Part shown: positions 42,248-55,004 of the stretch, piece after piece
How the letters are laid out: each line of letters opens with the position of its first letter
How positions within the stretch are numbered: the stretch's first letter is position 1
Assembly: GCF_009914755.1 (NCBI RefSeq)
Contig: NC_060927.1
DNA from: the human T2T-CHM13v2.0 reference genome, Homo sapiens
Strand: one strand, 5' to 3'
Length of the DNA: 64,000 bases
The notes under the pieces: generated by a model
What the model saw: the letters and a program-made list of their open reading frames with translations, nothing else
What the model was told of the DNA's origin: nothing
Databases searched by the model: none
Translations under genes and position numbers: made by a program

Positions 42248-42394
42248 TCTGCTTCTCAATGACTGAAGGAGAAGCAAAGACCGTGTTAGAACTGAGGATC
42301 CCAAGGCCCTACTTCAGACCTGCTGAATCAGAATCAGCATTTTAACAAGATCTCCAGATGATTCACATGGACATTACACTTTGAGAGGCACTGT
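42248..42394. mobile_element. MER5A1 (hAT-Charlie) inserted in a MIR3-like element
   Basis: cagacctgctgaatcagaatcagcattttaacaagatctccagatgattca...ctttgagaggcactg. Confidence 0.8.
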
Positions 42395-42822
42395 CTTATC
42401 CCAAGATGCTTATTAACAGGTGGAAGAAATAAAGGCCCAAAGAGGAAAACAAACAAGCACAAGGTCATCAGCAAGAGAATGCCACTAAAATAGAAGTTAG
42501 AAGTCTGTTTAGTTCAAGTCCCTTCCCTCTGCATGAGGCCTTAATAAAGACATAGTTCCAATGCCAGCACTGTGAAACAAGCAAAGCAATCTCTCCTCCC
42601 TCTTTATTTTTACTCTAAACTTCATCTATGGGTATGTTTTCAATTTATTTTACAAATAGAAAGTCAATACTAATGATTTCACAGCACTGCTTTCGAGCTC
42701 TTGTCCGTCTAGGTTGCCATGCTAGTTGCTGAATTCCATAGTCCACTGTACTTGATCAAGTATACTTTCCCCACAGTTTATTTGAAGTGAAGCTTCTGAG
42801 TGCTGGCAAGAAAAGAAAGATG

Positions 42823-43144
<322 letters not shown>

Positions 43145-44384
43145 AAGAAAAGAAAGATATGTTGTCAGCTGTTACAGCTGGCCCTAGTTTTGCCCACCAG
43201 AGACCTTGCCAGGAAGAACTATGAATGACAGCACATTTTAGAATCACAAAATGACAAAACTGGAAGGAACCATAGAGATCATTTTATCCAACCCCTTCGA
43301 GTCTCAGATGGCAATGATGAGCTACAGAGGGAAATGACTTACTCAAGTTCATCCAAGTTAGATGCAGATTTGGGGCAAGGATTCAAATTGCTGGCCTATC
43401 GGGTCAGGGCTCCATGCTGCGTACTGCCACCCCCCTCCACACACACACTAAATGGAATGAACAAACTAAGTAAACAAATCACCTGGACTGATGACATTCA
43501 CTCCAGAATTCTGGAATAAGTCATGTATAAAACTGTGGAGCCATCGTCCAGAATGCACAGCCTGTCATTACTACTAAACCAGAGGGAGCATCACATTGCC
43601 AATAGGATTTCCACCCTAATATGAAGAGCTACCTGGGAATTACAAGCTAGTAAATATCATTGCCATGTCTGGAATTCATAACAAAGAGTGGGATCATGGA
43701 AGTGTAACAAACAACTTGTTATGGAAAAAACAACGGAAGGATTTTAACAAACCAATGTTCTTTAAGAGTCTAGAACTAGGGATAAGTAGGGAACTATTGA
43801 AACTCAAATATTTAAATTTTCAGAGATTCAAGACTATTGTGATTAGATTTTTACATCAAGAAACAGCTTGATTGCAGAACTATTTGGTACAGTACATGTC
43901 ATCTTTGACAAGGATCATGGAAACAATATAGTAATATTTGATTGCAACTCCTTTGAATAGAAGATATTAACATAAAGATCACCAGAAATCAGAAATCCAG
44001 AGTCAGTAAGACACTGACTTGGGTCTTACTTCATATTTTAATGAAATACATGGAAGAAGTACAAAGTCGTGAAACATTCACTTTTGCAAATGGCACTGAA
44101 CACTTCTAGTCACCATAGTGCCTCATTTTCAGATTACATTAAAGGTTTCACCATCAGGATTTTATCAATGTTTAAGGCACCCCTGCAAGGTAAGTAGAAA
44201 GAAGTCTGTCATCTTAATTTGAGACAAGAGACCCAAGCCTCAGGAAGCAATGTCTTTTCAAAGTTTATAGCACTTGACTCACAGTTGGACTACTCCAAAT
44301 CCACTCTCTTTCAACTACACAATGTTGCTTCTGGGTAAAGAAATATTACAACACACAATAACTGCTAATATCTGCACACCTATT

Positions 44385-44522
44385 TGTATCTTTTTTTTGT
44401 AGAGATGGTGGGGGGATCTCACTATGTTGCCCAGGCTAGTCTTGAACCCTGGGCTTAAGTGATCCTCCCACCTCAGCCTCCCAAAGGGCTAGGATTACAG
44501 GTGTGAGTCACTGCACCCAGTC
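44385..44522 (-). mobile_element. Free left Alu monomer (FLAM_C-like)
   Basis: Left-arm-only sequence flanked by direct repeat tctgcacacct(a/c)tttg at 44371 and 44521. Confidence 0.85.
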
Positions 44523-45229
44523 TGCACACCTCTTTGGAAGTTACAGAACATCTGGACAATCCCATGACATGAGGAGGAACACAACTAATTGTTGTTGAGA
44601 ACCCACTATATGTAAGCTGGAGCTGTCTATATTCAATGCTATACATAAGTATCTCACTGAATTATGACAAGGACTCTGTGAGGAGGGTGTTATTTTTTTC
44701 CTTTTGCATAATAGGAAATTGAGAAAGGTTAAGCAACTTGTCCACGGTCACAAAGCTAGAAATTGATAGAGCTAGGGTTTGAATTCTGAGGCAATTCAGG
44801 TTCAAATCCCTTGTTTCCAGGTCAAGTATTTCTATTATCTCAATGCTACAGCTGAGGAAATTGACTTAGAGATGTTAATGAGCCACGATCTTAGAGCTAA
44901 TAAATCATAGAGAAAGGATTCAAACTGGAGTCCTCCCAGGACATAAAGATCTCAGAAGAATGAGGGAAAAAATGTAACAATTGAGCTTCGGTTTTGGCAA
45001 ATATAAGGTAGTTCTCTTAGGTAAAATATACCCCAATCTCTATTTATAAAATGATGGACTCTAACATATCATAGCTCAGGAAACACATTTAAGTCTATTT
45101 CATTTCACTTTCGCAAACATGTATTAAGTACAACTTCTGTACCAGGTATCACACAGGACACTTGAATGGATCATCTTTTTTTTTTTTCCTTTGAGTCTCA
45201 TAAGTTTTTATAGTATTGCTTTCCTCATT

Positions 45230-45267
45230 ATTAGTGACTTGTACAGGAAAATTAGTGACTTGTACAG
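45230..45267 (+). repeat. 17-bp perfect direct repeat with a 4-nt spacer
   Basis: attagtgacttgtacag-gaaa-attagtgacttgtacag. Confidence 0.92.
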
Positions 45268-45879
45268 TGTTACAAGCTAATAACGACAGAGTAGGAATTG
45301 TGATTAGCTCTGAGAAAATTGAGCTCCAGTGGCTGCATAAGCTGAGATGCTCAGAGGAATGCTGGGTTTCATCAGAAAGTGTATGGAAGCCAGATAGAAA
45401 AGGCATTATCCCATATTCACATGAAAGCAGTGTGTGGGCTCGGAAAAAATGTGGCAGTTCTATTCATGGACCTTCAAGAAAAATTTAGTAGAGCTGGGGA
45501 GGTGGGAGAAGGACAGAGAAGAACTATTCAAATCACCAATATGACGGAGGCTTGTTGGTATAAATATAGATTTAACAAAATTAGATTTTTCTCAATCAAA
45601 AAATGAGCAGACTGAGAAGGGATATAACAATACATGATAGAATGGAACTATGCACTTAATCAGCAAATCTCAGAAAAACAGAACTATCCCAACCTCCCCT
45701 TACCCCAAAGTTTGCAAGAGTTAATTTTAGAGCAAATAAAAGAAAGTACTACTTTACATAGTAGATAGTAAATTTAATAAGCAAGAGAGGTAGGGACTAG
45801 CTGGTAGTACAGATGCATAAATGGGTTCAAAAAGGGATTATTTAAATACCAGGGCCTCATAAAATCCACATGGGTATAT

Positions 45880-46330
45880 TAAAGATATGGGGGACCTTAA
45901 ACATCACCCAGCCCAACCTACTACCTCATGAATATCTGGCATCTACTTGGTCACCTCCAGTGGCCAAGAGCTCACTGTTTTCCAAGGCAGAACATTCCAG
46001 CCTTGACAGCTCTGCATGTCAAAAAGTTCTTTCTAAGCTGGGTGCTGTGGCACACACCTGTAGTCCCAGCTACTTGAGTGGCTGAGGCAAGAGGATCCTT
46101 GGAACCCAGGAGATTCTAGGCTGTAGCGCTATCATTGTGCCTGGGAATAACAACTGCACTCCTGCCTGGACATCATAGAAAGTCCCTGTCTAAAAAAAAG
46201 TTATTTTAGGTTTAAACAAAACCTACCTCCATTTATTATATTCGTTTTGACTTTATTTCTGTATTTGAGATTCCGCTTAATAAATCCCAATGCTTCATTT
46301 TTACATCCCTGCAGGTATTTAAATTCAGCT
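45880..46330 (-). mobile_element. L3/CR1 3' fragment split by a FAM
   Basis: acctccagtggccaagagctcactgttttccaaggcagaacattcc...gacagctctg...aaaaagttctttct; cccctgcaggtatttaaattcagctgt. Confidence 0.6.
46037..46199 (+). mobile_element. FAM (fossil Alu monomer, 7SL-derived)
   Basis: aggctgtagcgctatcattgtgcctgggaataacaactgcactcc matches FAM (gcgctatgatcgcgcctgtgaatagccactgcactcc); degenerate TSD aaaaagtt(c/a)ttt. Confidence 0.8.
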
Positions 46331-47269
46331 GTTAATTGTGGTTGTTGAAGTCAATGTCATGAACAGAAATCAAATTTACTCAGAAATTGTTTAGGGGGAT
46401 ATTCAAATTCTAAAAGAAGAGTATTATGTGGCACTTCCAACTTGGAAAGGACCAAAGGAATAAGCATTGGAGGGGGAATCAGGAGACTTACCTTCTAATT
46501 GGGTCCTGTGACTATTTCTATGAAAATTCATGTCACTGTATCTGCCACTAATTAGCAGATGGCTCTTCCAGGGCAGGGACCTCACATTTCTGGACCACAA
46601 TTCCCTTAACTGTAAGATAAAAGGGTTGAGCAAAATAGTGTTTATTCTCCCTCAGTCACTGACTTGGACTCAGTTAACCAGTGGTGGTTCTGAGATCCAA
46701 ACCCACTTCATTTTGAAATCCCCTTTAATATACCATCATTGGAAAAGAGTTGTACCAATCCCTTAAGATGGACCAACCCAGTTGGGTGTCAGTTTTAGTG
46801 ACCATGATTACTGGTCACTAACTGTCCCACCTCCATTTCCTGTGAAAGCAAGTTCATCTAGGGATAGAGCAGATTTCATCAGATTTTCATTTGTTTTGAG
46901 CTAAGCTGCTTACTAGTAGCCAGAGAAGGGTTGATAAGGAGAAAGCAAGCAATAAACAAACAGACTGAAATTTCGTTCCAGATCTTAAAATTGACCCATG
47001 CGTGGGACAGGACCCTTCCATAGACATGTTTAGGGCCAGTGACTCTGGTCTTCTCCCTACATAAATGGGACTCACCTGAGCAAAGTAGTTCTCTGTCTGT
47101 GGAAACCCTATATGAATAATGATCCCCAGCATTTATGTGGAAGAAGGCCACACTAGCCCAGGGGAAGTACTGGAAAGTATTTATGTGTCTAGAGATTCCA
47201 GCTAGTCAATGTCACAGCTAAGACTGAAACAGCTGTCTCGGGACTCAGTGTTCCAAGAGTTCCCCTGTT

Positions 47270-47640
47270 AGAATGTATTAAGCAGCTACTCCATGCTAGG
47301 TACCGTGCTAAACTCTTCAATACATCTTATCCCCTTTAATCTCTATTAAAAGCTCTGGGAAAGCAGGGATTTCAGCTGTCTTGTTTATAATTTTATCTCA
47401 GTCTCAAGAACATCACCTGACACTTAATAGAAGCTCATTAACTATCTGTTAAATAAATTTAAATAAGCAAATTAATGAGGGAGAGGTTAATACCCCCATT
47501 TTAAAGATTAGGAAATTAACGCTCAGAGAGATCAATGGACTTGACCAAAGTAAAACAAACAAACAATAATAGCAGAGCTAGCATTTGAGCACAGGTTTTC
47601 TGAGGTCAAGGTCAGTGCTCTTCCCAACAGAGCATAGCTG
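47270..47640 (-). mobile_element. MIR with a nested L2 3' end (~47360-47475)
   Basis: ctactccatgctaggtaccgtgctaaact...[cctgacacttaatagaagctcattaac]...ccccattttaaagattaggaaattaacgctcagagag. Confidence 0.65.
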
Positions 47641-49574
47641 CCTCTCAGCTTAACCACCTTAAAAACCGAAAATAAAATCCAGTTTAATCCTTTCAAAAAT
47701 GTAAAGTAAAATTTGTGGAGCAAGCATACATTTCTTAATGCTCATCAGTTTTTTAGCCATCCAAAGCCTTCAGAAATCATAAGTGACCGTGAATGATTTT
47801 CCCACATAAGCAATATTAAAGAGATTTAAAAGGATTCCATTCAACTGGAAAACAAAAATAAACAACAATAACTACAAAGAAAGCTTGCAAATTTCATGGA
47901 TATCAGGAATGTCTTTCTGATGGAAAACATATTTCCCCCAAAGGTCCTGTGGCCCTGGAGAACACTGATTTGAAACGTAAGTAAGTAAGAGACAGAAGCT
48001 GACCGTCAGGGAACAGCGGGTTAGGAGGGCGTGCCAGCATATCTTGTGGAGGACCCATGGACTCTTCACTTTTAGTTGTCTACCTTTCCCATCCCTCTCC
48101 TCCACCACAGTTGTGCAAAGGGATAGGACGTACACTAATTCTTGAGGACCCTGTAACTGTGGACAAGGACCTCTTGACTTCAGCTTTCCCAAGTGTAAAA
48201 TAGAGGGATTGTCCTAAATGACACCTAGGAGCCCTTTCCTCTCTGCCACAGCCTCTCTTTCCCTTTCCTCTGTCCTTCCCGCTTCTCTTCCACCTAGCTC
48301 TAGACGGCGCAGGCACTGGGTCCCAAAAGCGGCTTTGGGGACTCCCCGCCCTGCCGCTGCTGGAGCCTCCTCATGCAGCTGCACAGCTAACCGCTGCCTC
48401 ACCCTGCACTGCTGACCACTCTGATTTACCTATGCAGATGAGGCAATAAATATACAAGATCTGCTGAAAGTGAAAAGTCCCTCATTCCTCACATTACTTT
48501 TAGCCTTCACTTTCCCTAAGCCAAGGGACAATGAATGACCAAGATAAGCCTCCCTTTCCAACACTGGCCTGCCTTAGGGACTCACCGTCTGCACTCCGCC
48601 TGCACAGGTGGAACTGAGTTCAGATGAGGGAGAATTGCTTTCCATTGTTCAGTAGGCTTTTTGTAATTTCTAGTTTTGCTTACCTTTCCTACTCACCACA
48701 CACACAAAACAGTGTGAGCTTTCTCATTCTAGTGCATAAACACAGGTCGGTCAATACCCACAAGTGTTCCAAAAGGTGAGCTGGCATTGCTGCCCAACTG
48801 GGCATTATAGTCCCTTCTGTCCCTGCCCATCAGGCTTGCCTTCCTCGGCAACCTTTCTAGCTTGAATTGTACTGTGACTCCTTCTCACGGACCACTCCCG
48901 GAGACTGGTGAAAGTTGGGCCCATTCTTGAAGCCTCTGCTTCTAAATCATGTTTTCCATAAAGTCTCCCTCATCGTGCTTGCTTCCACCTTCTCCTATTT
49001 GGAATTACTGGTGGGCTCTTCCACTGTCCCATAGCAAGTGTTCTATACATTCTGAAGGCACATTTGAATATATACTTTGTCATGGTTGCTTGGAACCATG
49101 TCGTCTTTTCCAAGTAGGCTGTGAACATTCAGTGGCATGGATCATACCGTGCCCATGTTAAAATTATTCACTGGCCTGACTAAAGGTAATCATAACTCTT
49201 GATGCCGACTAATACTGCAGACACTTTTCTTTCCTATGGCTTCTACACTGGGGAAGACATATGGGGCTATATAAGGGTTAAATAGAAGCTCTGTGATTCA
49301 TTCAGTCCCACCCTAAAATGCTTCTTCCAGCTTCTGTTGACTTCTCCTGTTACCAAGCATAAAACAAACATTACTGTCTCCCTCTCCCTCATACCTATTT
49401 TCTTGGTCCCCTGGGTTGCACTCCCTTGCCAGGCTCTTTTCTTTCTGATCCAGCTTTCTTTGAACATATTTATTTGCGTTTCACTCAACACGTGTCTCAA
49501 ATTGCATCACCAGTTTAATTTGAGTTTTAAGCTAAGATGCTAGAGCTTTTCTCTTTCCTGTCCCAACAAGTACT

Positions 49575-50200
49575 CTTCATTCATGTCTTTATTAATTCTT
49601 CAGATAACTAAACAGCAGCCAAGACTTTGAGGGATGCAAATTCGAAAGTGATCCCTTTCCTTACTGCAAGGTGATCCCCGTCTGGTAGGGGAGATAGGAC
49701 ATGCACAGAAATAGTTAAAATACCAGGTAGATGGCAATAGGAACCCTTAAAGGGCAGGCCAAGTAATCGAGTGTTCTATACACTCCTGAGGGGGGAGGGG
49801 TCATTCCTCTGGGAAGGAAAGAAGAGGGTAGGATTAGGAAAGACTTCACAGGGGAGGTGGCATTTGAAGTGGGCCTGAAAGAGTGAGGTTGGATTTCTAC
49901 TTGCAGGGTAGGAGAATTAAGCAGAGGGAGAAACACACTAGCAAAGGCTGGAGATGGAAAAGTACAGGACGAGAAGAGTGAGTCGTTTGCCTGGGTTGCA
50001 GCACTGCATGCTCAGACGGGAGCACTGAGGAATACAGCTGAACAGGTAGGTTGAGATCCATGTTGCGGGGTGGAAAGGAGCCGGAAAGGACTGGCACAGG
50101 GAGACCAGTTGGGAGGCTTTTGCAACCTCCTGAATGAGAAGTGAGAGGGCGGTGGTAGTTAAGAAAAGTAGGATGGGTGTGAAAAATGTTTCAACAGAGA
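49575..50200 (-). mobile_element. L2 fragment
   Basis: ggattaggaaagacttcacaggggaggtggcatttgaagtgggcctgaaag...gggagaccagttgggaggcttttgcaa. Confidence 0.75.
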
Positions 50201-51999
50201 TGCCTAAATTCTTCCAACTCACCTTGACTAATTCTGCTTAATAATGCATACACCTGTTTTCATTGCAAGCATTGTGCTACCTCTCCCTGCCCCCACTTTA
50301 GAAGCTTATCATTTTATCTTCCAGGTGCATGACTTTCTGCCCAATTACTTGTTTTCAACCCATCAGAGCAAGTCAAGCATGCATCTCAGAAGTCTCACTG
50401 TCACACTTGGCCTAGGTTGCCCCCGTGCACTGTCTCTGTTCTCAGTATTCTGCCTCTGCATACCCACAGAACAATAGCTCTAAGTTTCCCAGACCCTCGT
50501 GTGGAGGCTTGGTCAAAAGGCGAAACCTGAAGAAATACTTTAGCACAGGATGAAGGAGGAAGTGGCAGAAGGGTAAAACCAACCCCTGTCAAACTTCACC
50601 AAGTGGCTCTGCCCCGGACTCAGCTCCACCACATCCTACTCTTATTGGGAGCCAAGCAAGAAGGACTAAGGTGACTGGGACCTGGGCAGTGGGAGAATGG
50701 GCAGTGGGAGAAAGATCATGAGGAAGCAGAAGGGGCTTTGTTTTGGTCCAGGGAACCAAATCCAGCACTATAACCGCCACCAGTCCTGGGAGTCACTGGC
50801 AGAAAAAATCAGAACAGGGAATGCAAAGGTGCTGCTCTGCCTCTACTGAGCACCCCTCCCCATCTCTAAGCCTCATTCTTATATTCTATAAAATGGGGAT
50901 TATGACATCCACCTGTGTGTCCTGTTGACCTGTTTGTAAAGGTAGAATAAGGTAAGTGAGTATGAAAGCACTTTAAACATGTAAAGCACTATATTACAGG
51001 CTTTTTCTCACTCAACTGACCCTAGTCATTAGGATGGGTAGACATGACAAGAAGGAAGAAGAATGCAGATGCCGGGGAGCAGAGACTGTGAACATCTCAA
51101 TTTTGCATAACAGAACTATGGTGATTGGTCTTATGGAGCAGCTAGTCCAGGTTCTCATTTGACAAGGAAGCTAAAGCCCAAAGAGGGGAAATGAATGTTC
51201 CATGGTCAAGAGATGATTCAGAGGACAAACCCTGGTCCCACGGATGCCAGGCCAGTCCTTTCTCCACCCCACACCTCTGGTTGCCCAGTGTGAAGGTCTC
51301 TAGGATGGAGACCGCAGGCCCAGAGTCCAGGCGTGCTCAATTCCTGAATTACTGGTGAGTAAGTCACACAACTGAAACTAAGGAAGAGCTTAGCATGGGG
51401 CTGGATATCAGACACCATTTCTTTAAATCATTAGGTTTAGAATCCTGGATAACCATTTCCTAAGATCCAGAGCATTCATGTCCTGAAAAGGAAGACTCAG
51501 TTTCAAGTTTCCTATTGCCCTTTTCTCCTCTATCCCCATGAATTATTTGGGCTCTGTGATAGGAGAAAAACGGATGATTCCTCTGACTAGCTAGTAGCTG
51601 TTAAGTATCAAAGGCATAGCGAGTGGCAATCCTGCAACAAACATGTATAAGTACCTTACCTTGTTTCATCTTCATGACAACCCTGGTAGTAAATCATCTC
51701 AGTACTCTCAGTTAAACACACACACACACACATACACACACCCTGAGACTCATAGAACTCAAGTGTCTTCAGTCACAGGCCAGTGCCAGGTGGTGTCTCT
51801 CAAGACCTCCCCAAAGTACAGCAAGCATTTTTATTTTAATAGGAAACAACAGCCTCTACTTCAAATGCTTTTAGAATGAGCTCTTCCATAGTATCAGAAC
51901 TGTTGAACGACATGACTGTTTTACCCATGAGATTCTATAAATACAGACTCCCTCTGTTTCATCCACTAGTTTGTATGTTTCTGTCTTCTGATGAATTCA

Positions 52000-52370
52000 T
52001 CATTGCACAAGCATTTTTGGAGGACAGCATTGTGCTGTGAGCTGAAGGGCTGAACCATACCCCTGCCTGCAGGGTTTTGAAGTCTGGTAGTTGTCCAGGG
52101 AGCATGTTGTCAGACAGCTCCAATCAGGAGAGGACAATTGTGTCACAAGAGAGGTGAAAACGTGTATGTGAGATATAGAGATAGGAGAGGGGAGAAGGGA
52201 ATGTGTCTGCGTAACTAGAGGGTCTAGTGAGTTTAGGGAGGCAGGCAGGGCTGAGTTGTCTGGGCAGAGGGTAGGTTGAAGGAGGAAGAGAAGCTGGAGT
52301 TCAGGCCAGAAATAGTCTGGGGCTGATGTCTCGGGGGCTCTGAGGCTGTGCTAAGGTGCTTGCTTCTTCC
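52000..52370 (-). mobile_element. L2 fragment
   Basis: cattgcacaagcatttttggagg...cccctgcctgcagggttttgaagtctggtag...ggctgtgctaaggtgcttg. Confidence 0.55.
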
Positions 52371-53163
52371 CAGAGTTTGCCAGTCCTAGATGTGCGCAGA
52401 CATAGGTGGTACCTTTGCATGACTTCTTAGAGCCTCAGTTTCCCCTTCTGTAAAATGGAAGACATGAATGTTGCCTCTAAGGGACCTGTGTGAGGGTGGG
52501 CCAGGGGAAAGTGGTAGCACAATGCTTTGAGCTCCTCCAGAATACGATGTGAAGGGAATGCAAATCACAGTTATTTATAATGGCAGCAAACTGAGATGCT
52601 GAGAAGACGTTGCTGCAGGCCGCCAAGCACTCCCTCTGGAAATCCTGAAAGCCTGCTACTGCAGGGCTGTGCCCAGATGCCAGCTGGAAGCAGGCTTATC
52701 TCTTCTCAGTTCCCGGTGCTTCTTCCGATCCTGCCAGGATGTTCCTCACAAAACAAACACTAATCTCCCTGCATAGTTCCACCTACAGAGGAGGAAGCTC
52801 TGCACCCTTCTGCCCTCCCCCTTTAGAAAACCAAGCTGAGTTCTAAACTCCCAGGTCGTGACAAGTTCCCATTTTGTGTCATCATTGCCTCACCAGGTAG
52901 CACTCTCAAGGCTAGACCTTTGGAGGCGGGAATGGCATGGCCTAGGAAACAATCTAATGTCTCGTTAGTCTCCTAAGACAGCCCTTCGCTTCTGGAGCCG
53001 CCTCATCCTTGTGCCAAGCTTGTGTTGGGCACAAAGCACTCAGGCATCCAAGGAGGTAATGTGCAAGGCAGGGCAGTCAGGGGCGTGGCCCAGAAGGAGA
53101 CACCGGGAGCAGGGTCCTAACATCCACACAATTTCGTTTTTTAACAAAGGAAGGAAAGGACCA

Positions 53164-53509
53164 CATTGGTTTCAACTTTTTAATCTTTGAAAAAAAAAAT
53201 GCGAACAGCACTCCCTTCACAAACATTGTCTCTTATGGGACCCTACCATATACAACTTGAGTTCACCCACTGGTGACTCTCTCAGGTACCCCAAAGGGAT
53301 TCTAAAACAGTGTTTCTCAAACTTTGATGTGTACACAAATCCATAGTGGGTATGGTTAAAACGCAGGTTCCGATTTAGAGGTCAATGGTGGGACCTGAAA
53401 TTCTGCATTTCTAATAACTTTCCAGTTTATGTCAATGCCACTGATCCATGGACCAAACTTTAAGAAGCAAGGGTCTAGAGCTCTAAGAATTACAGTTTGG
53501 AAACCACTG
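53164..53509. mobile_element. Older hAT-Charlie fossil containing a nested MER5A1
   Basis: TIR-like ends cattggtttcaact and cagtttggaaaccactg. Confidence 0.5.
53308..53472. mobile_element. MER5A1 (hAT-Charlie)
   Basis: cagtgtttctcaaactt...ttctgcatttctaataac...ggaccaaactttaagaagcaagg; 8-bp flanks ttctaaaa/gtctagag. Confidence 0.8.
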
Positions 53510-54145
53510 ATCTTTAGGTTATACAGACAATGAGCCTTCTCGCTCCCCATCCCTGGGGATATTAAGCCAAGTTTCCTGGATTAGATTCTGCCTAGACTGA
53601 AGTCAGCTTCTATAATCAACTGTAAATCAAGATCCTAGGATTGCCTCCTTCTGGCTCTAGGTGTCTATCATCTCCAATGGCAGTCTGGGAAAATTCCTAA
53701 GAGGCTTGGCCGTGAGAAAGAGCTTTAAGGTGTGGGCTTTACCCTAACGGAAAAGTACAAAATGTTCAGATCAATCTTTATCTCCATCCCCAACTACCAC
53801 TGCAACACACAGGAAAAGAGAGAGAGAGAGAGAGATCAACCCAGTGTTCCCCTTGGCACTTAAAAAGAAGGGTGACAACCACCCTCGCCCTGCCCTCTCC
53901 TAACCCCAGCTAATGGAGGTCATTTCCCTCTCACACCCTCTATCCCTCAGGTCCACCCCCTTTTGGGGACTGAGATGCTCCCACTGAGGTCAAAAGTATT
54001 TTTAGCTATGCCATGTGGGCCCATGCTTGGCCAACTCTCCCTGGACGTTAATCTTGGATTCCACAAATGCCAGGTCTCCTGATCCAGGAGGCATGGAGGT
54101 GACAGGGAAATCTGAGTGTCTTGGAAATTACAGTGCATGGCCTTT

Positions 54146-54287
54146 TGAGGATTTTGTCTCAATGCCATGTATGATAAAAACAACAACAGTAACACCTAAT
54201 GCTCAGAAAATGCTTCAGCATTTACCGAGTGCTTTCTCCCACATTGCCTCATTTGATCTTCCAGAGGGTCATGGGGAAGACAAGGCA
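54146..54287 (+). repeat. Copy 1 of a local ~140-bp direct duplication (partly MIR-derived)
   Basis: tgaggattttgtctcaatgccatgtatgataaaaacaacaacagtaacacctaat...ggggaagacaaggca. Confidence 0.92.
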
Positions 54288-54539
54288 AAAATTGTTCTTA
54301 TTTCTATTTAATAGCAGGACCAGGTGAGCTGGCAAGATAACACGGCTAGTAAGTGGTAAACTTGGGCCTTCAGCCCCTCCATCCAAGCTCAGTGCTCTTA
54401 CCATACCCCATACAATCCTACCTTTTTGCTTCTCCCCTAGCTTGGTTTTACTTTGTTTTGTTAAATATTACAAGATTCAATATCTGCATAAATGCCTTTA
54501 AGAAATGGGAGATTCGAAACAAGGAAGAATGAGGCAGCT

Positions 54540-55004
54540 TGTGTCAGTCACAGGTCCTGGAAGGAAGCAGAGGACTTGCTTAAAGAAGGTGGGCAAAAAG
54601 AGATTCATGATAATTTGCAAAGATACAGGCAGGGTTAAGGAAAACCAAGAGATAGCAATGTGCCCTAAGGCTCACAACAACTGGGGGCTGTTACCTGCTC
54701 TTGGCCTGAAAGAGCAAAGAAAGAGGCAGTTACCAGAGTCTGGAAAGTCCTGGTAAGCTGCAGGAGAGGGCTGTGGCCTTTGGCATTGCCAACCTGCCAC
54801 TGTCAGTGAGGGTGCTGGGGACAAAGTAGGCTCACCTCTCCCCTCTCCCGCCTTCCAACCACCTGATCAGTGCTGGGCTGATTCCAACCAGAAGTCAAAG
54901 GAATAGGGAACCTAAAGATATCCATAAAGGCCAGCCTCCTGGAGTGGCTGCAAGACAAGGATGAAAAATAGATTTGTAGGGTCAAACAGGAAACACTCAG
55001 TGTG
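54540..55004 (-). mobile_element. LTR33 (ERVL) solo LTR
   Basis: tgtgtcagtcacaggtcc...gcagggttaaggaaaaccaa...ggcctgaaagagcaaaga...ccaaccagaagtcaaagg...ggccagcctcc; near-TSD cagct/tagct. Confidence 0.8.

Larger units (their letters stand above)
43600..45850 (+). mobile_element. Ancient CR1/L3b-like LINE relic in several collinear pieces, interrupted by MIRs, a FLAM and an L2 piece
   Basis: tttgcaaatggcactgaa (FADDT-like RT region) ~44082; caaatataaggtagttctcttaggtaaaa...aaaatgatggactct ~45000; gaatgctgggtttcatcagaaag ~45358; gcaaataaaagaaagtactactttaca...aatgggttcaaaaagggatta ~45730-45840. Confidence 0.55.

Noticed and set aside
45945-45966. CTCF site (TGGCCACTGGAGGTGACC on the minus strand)
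   Set aside because: It has several mismatches in the core and is explained by the underlying L3 consensus.
46037-46199. 7SL/SRP RNA gene
   Set aside because: It lacks the S domain, is heavily diverged, and has an A tail and degenerate TSD, so it is a FAM retrocopy.
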